DNA of 52,638 nucleotides from Desulfobacterales bacterium (GTDB taxonomy: Bacteria > Desulfobacterota > Desulfobulbia > Desulfobulbales > VMSU01): assembly GCA_011330685.1 (NCBI GenBank), contig DRPV01000292.1, positions 1 to 52,638 on the forward strand, given 5' to 3'. Shown here piece after piece: positions 20,045 to 28,530 of this stretch; positions within the stretch are counted from its first letter, which is position 1; every line of letters starts with the position of its first letter. The translations under genes and the position numbers were made by a program. The notes beneath the pieces are model-generated. The model ran no database searches and was not told the DNA's origin. It saw only the letters and a program-made list of their open reading frames with translations.

Positions 20045-20245
20045 ATGGCTGAAGGTACCGTAAAATGGTTTAACGATTCTAAGGGTTTTGGTTTTATCGA
20101 GCAGGATGGTGGAGCTGATGTTTTTGTTCATCACACCGCAATCCAGGCTCAGGGTTTCAAATCCCTTCAGGAAGGCGCTCGGGTAACATTTGAGGTTGTT
20201 GACGGCCCCAAGGGTCCGGCTGCAGCTCAGGTTGTCCAGCTGTAA
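20045..20245 (+). CDS. cspA: Cold-shock protein (CspA family)
   Basis: [15 protein letters not shown] and DVFVH RNP motifs; AAGGAG RBS. Confidence 0.97.
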   Translation: MAEGTVKWFNDSKGFGFIEQDGGADVFVHHTAIQAQGFKSLQEGARVTFEVVDGPKGPAAAQVVQL

Positions 20246-20267
20246 GATCATTTTTTTGATCATTTAC

Positions 20268-20301
20268 AGGCCCCTCTTTTTTAAAGTGGGGCCTTTTTTT
20301 T
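20268..20301 (+). terminator. Intrinsic terminator after csp
   Basis: AGGCCCC...GGGGCCT followed by a T-run. Confidence 0.75.
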
Positions 20302-20360
20302 AGTTTGGCCTGCTTATCGCCGGGCATAAATAATATAAATACTTAAACAGAGGCAGAATC

Positions 20361-20498
20361 TTGGCCAGAACAAACTATTCATTTGAAAAGCGCCAGAAAG
20401 AATTAGCCAAAAAGAAAAAGAAAGAGGCAAAGAGGCTGCGCAAGGCAGAGAAGAAGAATCACGTCGTTGATCAATCCCCCGCCCCTCAGGAAGATTAA
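20361..20498 (+). CDS. Small basic protein (45 aa) missing from the ORF track
   Basis: TTG start after AGAGG; MARTNYSFEKRQKELAKKKKKEAKRLRKAEKKNHVVDQSPAPQED*. Confidence 0.75.
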   Translation: MARTNYSFEKRQKELAKKKKKEAKRLRKAEKKNHVVDQSPAPQED

Positions 20499-20605
20499 CC
20501 GCTTTAAGTTTCGCCCCACAGAGACTCCCGCGCCACAAAATCCATCTGCTGTTTTTTATCTGTTTTATCTGTTTTATTTTTTTTATTATAAGGATACCAC
20601 CATCC

Positions 20606-22252
20606 ATGATCACCGCTGCCAACATTTCCCTCGCCTATGGCAAGAGAATAATCTTCAAAGATGTCAATATTAAATTTACCCCCGGCAACTGCTATGGCCT
20701 CATAGGCGCTAACGGAGCTGGGAAATCCACCTTCCTGAAGATCATGGCCGGCAAATTAGAACCCGATCACGGCAACATCAGCAAGGGGCCGCGTGAGCGG
20801 ATTGCCATGCTCAACCAGGATCAATTCGCCTTTGATGACTATACCGTTTTCAATACCGTCATCATGGGCCATAAAAAGCTCTACAAAATAATGGCCGAGC
20901 GGGAAATACTATATGCCAAGGCGGACTTTAACGAAGAAGACGGTATCCGCTCCGGGGAACTGGAGGCCGAATTTGGAGAGATGAACGGTTATGAAGCCGA
21001 ATCCGAGGCGGCGGTACTTTTGAACGGCCTCGGCGTTCCGGAGGATATGCGCCAGAAAAAGATGCGGGAACTGGACGGCAGCGACAAGGTTCGGGTATTA
21101 CTGGCTCAGGCTCTGTTCGGCAATCCTGATATTCTGCTCCTCGACGAGCCCACCAACCACTTGGATTTAAAGACCATCAACTGGCTGGAGTATTTCCTCT
21201 CCCGCTTCCAGAATACGGTAATTATCGTCTCTCATGACCGCCATTTTTTAAACCAGGTCTGCACCCATATGGCAGACATAGATTACGGCAAAATCCAGGT
21301 CTATGTCGGCAATTATGATTTTTGGTACCAGGCCAGCAATCTGCGTTTCCACCAAAAAGAAACGGAGAGCAAAAAGGCCAAAGCCAAGGCCGAGGAATTA
21401 AAGGAGTTTATCCGCCGCTTCAGCTCCAACGCCTCCAAGGCCAAACAGGCGACCTCCCGGAAAAAATTACTTGAGAAACTCACCATTGACGAGATGCCTG
21501 TTTCATCCCGCAAATACCCCTACATTGTCTTCAACCCTGAACGCCCCTGCGGCGATATTATCCTTGAAATTGACCGGCTCAGTAAAGAGATAGACGGGAT
21601 TACCATGTTTAAGGATCTGAGCCTTACCGTAAACAAGGGAGACAAAATTGCCTTTGTCGGCCCCAACAGCCTGGCTAAGACAACCCTTTTTCAGATTTTA
21701 ACCGGAGAGTTGGAAGCGGATCAAGGCAGTTTCCGCTGGGGAATAACCATCAGCAATGCCTATTTTCCCAAGGAGAATAATGCCTATTTTGACAACGATG
21801 AGCTTGACCTGGTGGGTTGGCTGCGTCAATACGCCTCCCCCAAAGAGCATGAGAGCTTCATCCGCGGGTTTCTCGGCAAAATGCTTTTTTCAGGCGAAGA
21901 GGCCATGAAAAAGACTGCCGTCCTCTCCGGTGGAGAACGGGTGCGCTGTATGCTCTCCCGCATGATGCTCTCCGGAGCCAACGCCCTGCTCTTCGACGAG
22001 CCGACCAACCATCTTGATCTGGAGTCAATCACCTCGCTTAACAACGCCTTGACGGCCTTTCCGGAGGTCATACTATTCGCCTCCCACGACCATCAAATTG
22101 TCTCCACCGTGGCCAACCGTATTATTGAGATCACGCCGGAGGGTATCACCGACGTAATGATGGATTTTGATACCTACCTCGCCATGAAGGAGGCGGAGAA
22201 CTCCTCCACCTCCAGTAAAGCGGGCAATTATATAGCCGGCCAGGCGGCGTAA
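20606..22252 (+). CDS. ABC-F family ATPase (YbiT/YkpA-like)
   Basis: Two ABC domains (GANGAGKS; LDEPTNHLD and FDEPTNHLD), inter-ABC linker, no TM segment. Confidence 0.93.
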   Translation: MITAANISLAYGKRIIFKDVNIKFTPGNCYGLIGANGAGKSTFLKIMAGKLEPDHGNISKGPRERIAMLNQDQFAFDDYTVFNTVIMGHKKLYKIMAEREILYAKADFNEEDGIRSGELEAEFGEMNGYEAESEAAVLLNGLGVPEDMRQKKMRELDGSDKVRVLLAQALFGNPDILLLDEPTNHLDLKTINWLEYFLSRFQNTVIIVSHDRHFLNQVCTHMADIDYGKIQVYVGNYDFWYQASNLRFHQKETESKKAKAKAEELKEFIRRFSSNASKAKQATSRKKLLEKLTIDEMPVSSRKYPYIVFNPERPCGDIILEIDRLSKEIDGITMFKDLSLTVNKGDKIAFVGPNSLAKTTLFQILTGELEADQGSFRWGITISNAYFPKENNAYFDNDELDLVGWLRQYASPKEHESFIRGFLGKMLFSGEEAMKKTAVLSGGERVRCMLSRMMLSGANALLFDEPTNHLDLESITSLNNALTAFPEVILFASHDHQIVSTVANRIIEITPEGITDVMMDFDTYLAMKEAENSSTSSKAGNYIAGQAA

Positions 22253-22267
22253 GAGGCGGGCCGTTTT

Positions 22268-22771
22268 TCAGGCGGCCGCCTCTTTTACTACCTTACGTAT
22301 TTTTTTCTTCCTCGACTTAGCGGGTTCGGGAGTCTCCGAAACGGGAAGGACACAGATAAGAATCCTGACCCCATCCTTGAAAGTAACCTCTATTTTATTT
22401 GCCGGAATAATTGAGGTAACTACGCCAAGCCCAAAGGTAGGATGATTAATTATCTCGTTTTTGTTGAATATAGAGGTCATGGCGTAGGGCTTGCTTTCAG
22501 AACCGTCCCGCCCCTTCAGCAAGGCCTCGAAGGCGGCTGTTGCCTTCTTCTCTTTCAGAGTAACACCTGCCGCCGCCCTTGAAGCAGTGCTTTTAGCCTT
22601 TGATTTACTCGGTTTAGCGGCCCGATACTTATGCCTGCCGCCACAGACATTACACTGCGCCTTGGCAATCACCCCGTCCGCCATGGCGATAACCATATGA
22701 TTCGTCATGTCTTTACATTTAAGGCAATACGAATCCACCTCACTTCCGGCTGTCAAATCAGGTTCTGTCAT
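22268..22771 (-). CDS. Hypothetical protein with CxxC..CxxC Zn-ribbon and HPTFGLG C-terminal domain
   Basis: YCLKC...QCNVC; GGGAGA RBS before ATG at 22771. Confidence 0.75.
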   Translation of the reverse strand: MTEPDLTAGSEVDSYCLKCKDMTNHMVIAMADGVIAKAQCNVCGGRHKYRAAKPSKSKAKSTASRAAAGVTLKEKKATAAFEALLKGRDGSESKPYAMTSIFNKNEIINHPTFGLGVVTSIIPANKIEVTFKDGVRILICVLPVSETPEPAKSRKKKIRKVVKEAAA

Positions 22772-23092
22772 TTTATCATCTCCCATCTATCATGTTTTAT
22801 GGTCATCTTATTCGCCATAGGCGGCGGTCTTTAGAGCTGGATACACAGTAACAGCCAGGCCCGATCAGCCAGGCACAACAAATTTGTCTTTTGAATTCGC
22901 CTGAAGGCGAGAGGGAGTCAACCGTCCCCGACCGGGGCACTAAATTTCACACGCAGCAAACAACAGGAAGGATTTCGAGTGTTCAGCAGATACCTCAAGG
23001 AATTTAAGCCTGCAAAGGCGATCGGATATTCTATGAGAAAGAAAATAATAGCGAAAAAGGGGATGCGGCTGACACTTCAATATTTGAGCATG

Positions 23093-23120
23093 ATTATACA
23101 ACATTCTCTTATTTTTGCAA
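23093..23120 (-). promoter_or_regulatory. Probable sigma70 promoter for the Zn-ribbon gene
   Basis: Minus strand TTGCAA-N16-TATAAT. Confidence 0.45.
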
Positions 23121-23183
23121 CAAGATTGCCTGCCGCCGGCCCCCAGAAAAGGACACGGCGGAACAGCCATTAGGCCTTCGACC

Positions 23184-24227
23184 TCATTTCAGAGCCGCAA
23201 GTCGTTTTTTAGCCGCCGCCGCCTGTGAACTACCCGCATATTTGGTCAGCAGTTTTTTATAGACAACCGCGGCGGTTTTTTTGTCCTGCAACTTCTCAAA
23301 GGCCAGGCCCTGCTTCAGAAGAGCGGCCGGGGCCTTGGGATTTTTGGGATAATCGGCGATAACCTTCTGGTATTCGAGAATAGCCAGTTCATATTCCTGC
23401 TGGCTGTAATAACAGTCCCCCATCCAGAAACGTGAGTTGGGGGCCAACCGTCCCTTGGGATACAGGGTAATATATTTTTTAAAGGTTCTGTAAGACTCCT
23501 TAAATTTACTCTTCCTGAACAGGGCAAGGCCCTTATTATACAGCTTATTAGCGGCGCTACTCTTAGATATGCTGGTTTTTGCCCCGCCCTTACGGCCGGT
23601 CTTTTCGATTTTTTCGGCTGCCGCCGGAGTCATCTTCCTGTGGGTGGGAATAATCCGCCGCGGGGTATTACGCCGCGCTCTGGCCCGTTTCTTCTCAAGT
23701 TCAGCCACCTTGTTTTCCGCGGCTGTCGCCCGCCGTTCAGCCGCAGCCGCCACCGCGGCCGCCTTCTCCGCCCTGGCTTGAGCCCCCAGGGCCTGGCGGT
23801 TGGCATCCAAAGCGTCCTGAGCCGCCTTTTTTACCCCCTCCTGAGCCTGTGCGAGCCGCTCGTTACTCTGATTCAACTGATCCGTCAGCAGGGCAATCTG
23901 CTCGGCCAGGTCATTGATTTTCTGGTTCAGATTCTTTTTAAGTTCCTTGCTCCTGCCCTGAATAACTACATCGTTATGACTACCGGCCTCCAACTGCCCC
24001 TTGACCTGCAGCATCTGCGTATTCAACTGATCCAGCCTGTTACTCATGGCGGCCTGCTGCCGGAGGATTTCATCAAGGCGGGCGGCACGTCCCTTACCGG
24101 TTGCCCGCAGCTGGTTATTGAGATTTCTGATCTTTAGATCCACGGTGTTGAGATCCCGCGAGGATACACATTGAGTCAATAACGGCAAGACCAAAAGGAT
24201 AATCGCGAGCTTGATAAATTTTGACAT
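23184..24227 (-). CDS. cpoB: Tol-Pal system protein YbgF/CpoB
   Basis: Lipobox-like LTQC, coiled coil, C-terminal TPRs (YPK...APNSRFWMGDCYY...P.ALLKQG); AGGAGA RBS; follows tolB. Confidence 0.88.
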   Translation of the reverse strand: MSKFIKLAIILLVLPLLTQCVSSRDLNTVDLKIRNLNNQLRATGKGRAARLDEILRQQAAMSNRLDQLNTQMLQVKGQLEAGSHNDVVIQGRSKELKKNLNQKINDLAEQIALLTDQLNQSNERLAQAQEGVKKAAQDALDANRQALGAQARAEKAAAVAAAAERRATAAENKVAELEKKRARARRNTPRRIIPTHRKMTPAAAEKIEKTGRKGGAKTSISKSSAANKLYNKGLALFRKSKFKESYRTFKKYITLYPKGRLAPNSRFWMGDCYYSQQEYELAILEYQKVIADYPKNPKAPAALLKQGLAFEKLQDKKTAAVVYKKLLTKYAGSSQAAAAKKRLAALK

Positions 24228-24247
24228 AACCGGATCTCCTGATCGAA

Positions 24248-25549
24248 TTAATAAGGCAGACGGGGCGACCACTGCGGAAAGGTCTGGTTGCCCTTTAAAT
24301 TTTTAAACATGGGAATAACCTTATGCCCTTTAATGAATATACGGCAGAGTTCCTTGCGGCCGCCGCGCTGGCGTGAAAAGACTAACTGTCGGCTGTCCGG
24401 TGACCATGAGGGGGATTCATAATCGCCCCAATATTTGGTAAGCTGCTTGGCCTGACCGCCGTTGGCATTAATTATATATATCTGATGGGTATTATCCACC
24501 CGGCCGGTAAAGGCAATTTCAGTCCCTGAGGGCGACCAGGCGGGCGTGGTATTTTCGGCCCCCTGGTATGTAATCCGGGTGGTAATACCGGTCTTAATAT
24601 CCATGGTATATATCTGCGGGGTACCGCTGCGATCGGAGACAAAGGCGAAATGCCGCCCATCGGGCGACCATGAAGGAGAAACATTAATCCCCTCATTCTT
24701 AGTAATACGGCGGATAATCCGACCACGGGCCGTCAGCAGATATATATCAGGATTACCGTCTTTACTAAGGGTTATAAGCATTGTTTTGCCATCCGGCGCC
24801 CAGGATGGCGCGAGGTTCAGCCCCTTACGCCAGGAAAGCGCCCTGGTAAACCTGCTCTGCGCCAAATTAGTTATATAAAGATCAGGATTACCACGATGAT
24901 AAGAGGTATAGACCAGCCGCCGGCCGTCGGGGGTAAAACGGGGAGATACCGTTATACTGTGATGCCTGGTAATCTGACGCGCCTTGCCGCTCAGAATATC
25001 AGCAACATAAACCTCTTTGTAACCGCTCTTGTCCGAGACAAAGGCAATTTCGGTATTACTGATCCCCCGGCGGCCGCTTAATTTATAAATGACCTCATCG
25101 CAGAATTTACGGATCATCAGTAAGCCCTTTGAGCGCGGGGCATGATAGCGTTTTCCAACAATCATCCGTTTATTGCTGAGATCAATAAAACGGATTTCCA
25201 GCACCAGGCCGGTTTTATCTCGGTTATAGCTGCCTAACATGACAAAATCCGCCCCGGCCTTCTGCCAGTCCACCCCCCGGCCCTCGGCATAACTCCCCGC
25301 CGGGACAATAGAGATGAAACCGTGCAGAGCGAGGGCGCGACCGGCAAGGTCAGCCATGCGGCGGCCCTTGGCGGTTATCTTGTCAGGGGCATTCTTATTG
25401 ACAAAGGCAGGCACAGCCACCGGCATCTGAATCAAATCGGCCGAGGTAATATCAAGATAGACCATGGCCGCGGCGGGCCTGATGCCGCTGATTGTCAAAA
25501 AAAGAAGCGCTAAAATAACGGAACTTATACCACGAAAAAAGCTCATCAT
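24248..25549 (-). CDS. tolB: Tol-Pal beta-propeller protein TolB
   Basis: TolB N-domain plus PD40 repeats (PSWSPDG); operon position. Confidence 0.93.
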   Translation of the reverse strand: MMSFFRGISSVILALLFLTISGIRPAAAMVYLDITSADLIQMPVAVPAFVNKNAPDKITAKGRRMADLAGRALALHGFISIVPAGSYAEGRGVDWQKAGADFVMLGSYNRDKTGLVLEIRFIDLSNKRMIVGKRYHAPRSKGLLMIRKFCDEVIYKLSGRRGISNTEIAFVSDKSGYKEVYVADILSGKARQITRHHSITVSPRFTPDGRRLVYTSYHRGNPDLYITNLAQSRFTRALSWRKGLNLAPSWAPDGKTMLITLSKDGNPDIYLLTARGRIIRRITKNEGINVSPSWSPDGRHFAFVSDRSGTPQIYTMDIKTGITTRITYQGAENTTPAWSPSGTEIAFTGRVDNTHQIYIINANGGQAKQLTKYWGDYESPSWSPDSRQLVFSRQRGGRKELCRIFIKGHKVIPMFKNLKGNQTFPQWSPRLPY

Positions 25550-25614
25550 AATTTAATTAGTGGAGCGATAAAACAAATCATTCCATTCGGTTATCTACCT
25601 GCATTAATCTCAAC

Positions 25615-25680
25615 GTAAGCAATCAATTAACCACACCCAACTTCATATCCCCTAACTGTAAGCATTTCAGGAGCGCTTAC
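25615..25680 (+). mobile_element. MITE-like element, GTAAG subfamily (opposite orientation)
   Basis: GTAAGCAATCAATTAACC...GTAAGCATTTCAGGAGCGCTTAC is the reverse complement of the 12131 and 30210 copies; no clear TSD. Confidence 0.78.
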
Positions 25681-25684
25681 GACC

Positions 25685-26629
25685 TTAAAGCATACCGCCC
25701 GGCATAAAACGAAGACCAATCTCAAGACGCTCTCTTTTGAGATCAGACGGGAACGGAGGCATTGGCGAGGCCTCTTCAATAGTCTTTTTTACGTACTGGT
25801 TAAAATACATATTATCTGATTTTTTTTCAAAAGTTATCTTGGAAACAATTCCATCCCGGCGGATATTAATAACAACAACCGCCTCTAAGGATTTATCCCA
25901 GCTATGAGTCTTCGGCAATGACCAATGCTCGTGTATCCGCAATGAAATAAGCATATAATAACGCCGCAGGGCCAGTTTAAAGCCGGCGGCCTCGGCAGCG
26001 TTGCGGGCCGCCTGGTTAGATTGACTCCCGGCCGAAACCCCTTTGGCCGTATCAGGCGCGGCAGGTGCAACAGGTTTGTTTTTAGGCGGGGCCGGGGCAG
26101 GTTTCGCGGCCTGCAGGTTCTTCACAAGTTCAGCCAAAGCACTTTTTACCTGCCGGGCCTCCTGTTTCGCCTTAAGCCGGGCTCTTATGCCCGCCAGACC
26201 ACGGCGTAACAGCTCGTCGTTAATTTTTTCATGCTTAACTAACGGCGGAACCCTCTTCTTGAGTTTGCGGGGCCTCAAGGATACCACCTTGGCAGGTTTG
26301 GCCGGAACCAGAGACGGCGGCTGGTCAATATTAATTGATTTAACCTCCTTCACCGGCGGAGGCGGCGCCTGGCGCCGGGGCCTGGAAGGACGGCTTACCC
26401 TGGGCGGCGCTGTATGACGGCGGGGCGGCTTGAGCCTTGCCTTAAGTTCAACGGCAGTGAAGAGGTTAATGGTCTGAATTTCCTGAAAATTATGCCGGGG
26501 CCGCAAGAATGAAGGCGGCATAATCAAGAGCAGAAAAACGGCAAGATGCAGGAGCGCTGTTAAGACCAGCGGCATCTTCCAGTACGGGGCCTGAGTCCCG
26601 TTCCCTGCTAAGCTAAAAAATTCAGTCAT
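25685..26629 (-). CDS. tolA: TolA / TonB-C family protein
   Basis: TM with His, Pro/Ala-rich linker, C-terminal TonB_C-like domain; between tolR and tolB. Confidence 0.82.
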   Translation of the reverse strand: MTEFFSLAGNGTQAPYWKMPLVLTALLHLAVFLLLIMPPSFLRPRHNFQEIQTINLFTAVELKARLKPPRRHTAPPRVSRPSRPRRQAPPPPVKEVKSINIDQPPSLVPAKPAKVVSLRPRKLKKRVPPLVKHEKINDELLRRGLAGIRARLKAKQEARQVKSALAELVKNLQAAKPAPAPPKNKPVAPAAPDTAKGVSAGSQSNQAARNAAEAAGFKLALRRYYMLISLRIHEHWSLPKTHSWDKSLEAVVVINIRRDGIVSKITFEKKSDNMYFNQYVKKTIEEASPMPPFPSDLKRERLEIGLRFMPGGML

Positions 26630-26644
26630 GAGGGCCCGGATATA

Positions 26645-27055
26645 TCAGCGTCTTTCTCTGGGCTTGGTCACCATCCCCAGTTTATTGAAGCCGGCGGCCT
26701 TTATATCGGCCATAACCGCCGCCACTACACCATATTGCACCCGGCGGTCAGCCTTGAGATAGACCGGCCGCTTAGTGCCATCGTTTAAAGCCAGTTTCTG
26801 CAATTGCCGGCGCAGAATTTTCTCGCTGCCCCTGACCCGGTTCAGGAAGATATCACCTCGTTTATTAATACTGATAACGATTGGCCTTTCTTTCTGGCGC
26901 AGAGCCCTGGAGGTTGTCTTGGGCAGATCCACATCAACGCCCTGGGTCATCATGGGCGCTGTCACCATAAAGATAACCAGAAGTACCAGCATGACATCCA
27001 CCATCGGCGTGACATTTATCTCCGACATCATACGCCGCTGTCTACCTCGTCTCAT
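26645..27055 (-). CDS. tolR: TolR
   Basis: SEINVTPMVDVMLVLLVIFMVTAP motif. Confidence 0.95.
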   Translation of the reverse strand: MRRGRQRRMMSEINVTPMVDVMLVLLVIFMVTAPMMTQGVDVDLPKTTSRALRQKERPIVISINKRGDIFLNRVRGSEKILRRQLQKLALNDGTKRPVYLKADRRVQYGVVAAVMADIKAAGFNKLGMVTKPRERR

Positions 27056-27118
27056 TTATTTATGCCGCCCTGATTTTTAAAATTCAGCACATTCCACCCA
27101 CTTATTCGCAAACGATCA

Positions 27119-27304
27119 GTAACTGTTCAGCTGCACCCCATCTTCGTCCGTTTCGCCCTCCTCACGTACAAAAAGTACGCTTCGGAGGTCGAAACGAACG
27201 AGGTAAGCGAAGACTCCGAGCTGGGGCACATCCGGAGTCTTCGCTTTCCTGAGCAGTTACGGTTGCGAGTTTAGGGGATTTTATTGCCCCTACTGAATAG
27301 TTAC
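27119..27304 (-). mobile_element. MITE-like element, GTAAC subfamily, longest copy (186 bp)
   Basis: TIRs GTAACTGTTCAG / CTGAATAGTTAC; perfect 8-bp TSD AACGATCA; internal end motif ending at 27260. Confidence 0.92.
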
Positions 27305-27357
27305 AACGATCACAAACCACACCCCGGAAGGCGATCCACCCCCCGAGGTCTAAGCGT

Positions 27358-28062
27358 TTATTCAGCCAAACGGCCAATAACATCACGTTCAATGAGATTT
27401 AAAAAATCGGTTGTAAAACGATCCATGTCATTTTCAAAATAGTTCAACCGGCTGGCAAAATTATTAAAAAATATTACCGCCGGAATGGCCACTGCCAAAC
27501 CGGCGGCGGTGGCTACCAGGGCCTCAGAAATACCGGGAGCCACCACGGCCAGCGAGGCGGAACCCCGCAGGCCGATGCCGTGAAAGGAACTCATTATCCC
27601 CCAAACCGTGCCGAACAGACCAATAAAGGGAGTCGCGCTGCCGGTGGTAGCAAGAAAATTAAGGGTACGGGCCAGATTCTCCATCTCCCCGGCCGCCGCT
27701 CGGTTAACGGCCCGTTTAAGGTTATCCATCCCGGCCAGCCGCATATCGAGGGTATCGTTACCGCCGCCGACCATGGGCCGTTTTTTATTTAATTTCTGCA
27801 ACTCATTATAGCCGCTGATAAAGATATTGGCCTCCGGGCTCAATGGCGTTTCTTCGGCCGGGCCAATGGCATCGCTCAGGTTTTTGCATTGCCAGAAGCG
27901 CTCCAGGAAGAGGGCTGAATCCTGCCGTACCTTTTTGTAAAGAATGAGTTTATTAAAGATAATATACCAGGAGCCGATGGAAAAACTTAAAAGCAGCAGC
28001 ATAACAAATTTTACCGTGGGCCCGGCATTGATGAACATCTTGATAAGGCTTAGGTCTTGCAT
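27358..28062 (-). CDS. tolQ: TolQ
   Basis: LATTGSATPFIGLFGTVWGIM...APGISEALVATAAGL motif. Confidence 0.95.
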   Translation of the reverse strand: MQDLSLIKMFINAGPTVKFVMLLLLSFSIGSWYIIFNKLILYKKVRQDSALFLERFWQCKNLSDAIGPAEETPLSPEANIFISGYNELQKLNKKRPMVGGGNDTLDMRLAGMDNLKRAVNRAAAGEMENLARTLNFLATTGSATPFIGLFGTVWGIMSSFHGIGLRGSASLAVVAPGISEALVATAAGLAVAIPAVIFFNNFASRLNYFENDMDRFTTDFLNLIERDVIGRLAE

Positions 28063-28098
28063 ATATGGCCACTCTGGATAAATTTTTTTAGGAAATCA

Positions 28099-28195
28099 GT
28101 AACTGTTCAGCTGCACCCCATCTTGGAGTCTGCGCTTTCTTGAGCAGTTACGGTTGCGAGTTTAGGGGGATTTTTTGCCCCTATTGAATAGTTAC
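28099..28195 (-). mobile_element. MITE-like element, GTAAC subfamily (97 bp, no cargo hairpin)
   Basis: GTAACTGTTCAG / TTGAATAGTTAC; perfect 8-bp TSD GGAAATCA; internal end motif ending at 28151. Confidence 0.9.
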
Positions 28196-28307
28196 GGAAA
28201 TCAATAAATTACTCAAACTAAGAGAGATAAGCAAATGATTTTTTCCGGCCGCCGGCCCCATATTTTAATTGCCTTTGACCGCAGCTGAGGGCCTTTGGAT
28301 AAAAGGC

Positions 28308-28336
28308 TTGACGCCTCCCATATTTTTGTCGATATT
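28308..28336 (+). promoter_or_regulatory. Possible sigma70 promoter of the histidine kinase gene
   Basis: TTGACG-N17-GATATT. Confidence 0.35.
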
Positions 28337-28425
28337 CAGAGGTCAGAAGACAGAAATCAGTATAGTTAGCGCCTGCGGCGGTTAAAACTAAGGACTGCGG
28401 ACTATTCTATTCTGTTTTCATTGTT

Positions 28426-28489
28426 CGAAGTCTGCGCTATCCGAAGTCTACGCTATCCGAAGTCTACGCTATCCGAAGTCTACGCTATC
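28426..28489 (+). repeat. Tandem repeat, 4 x 16 bp
   Basis: CGAAGTCT(G/A)CGCTATC x4 with no spacers. Confidence 0.95.
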
Positions 28490-28530
28490 TGCAATGCCTG
28501 AATAATCGGGCATAAAGGTTACCAAAAAGT

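Noticed and set aside
20549-20590. Short CTGTTTTAT repeats upstream of the ABC-F gene
   Set aside because: Low-complexity T-rich tract of about three degenerate units; no further support.
27162-27392. 76-aa ORF between tolQ and tolR
   Set aside because: It is mostly a translation of the MITE.
28426-28489. CRISPR or other guide-RNA array
   Set aside because: Repeats are contiguous with no spacers, and there are no cas genes in the window.
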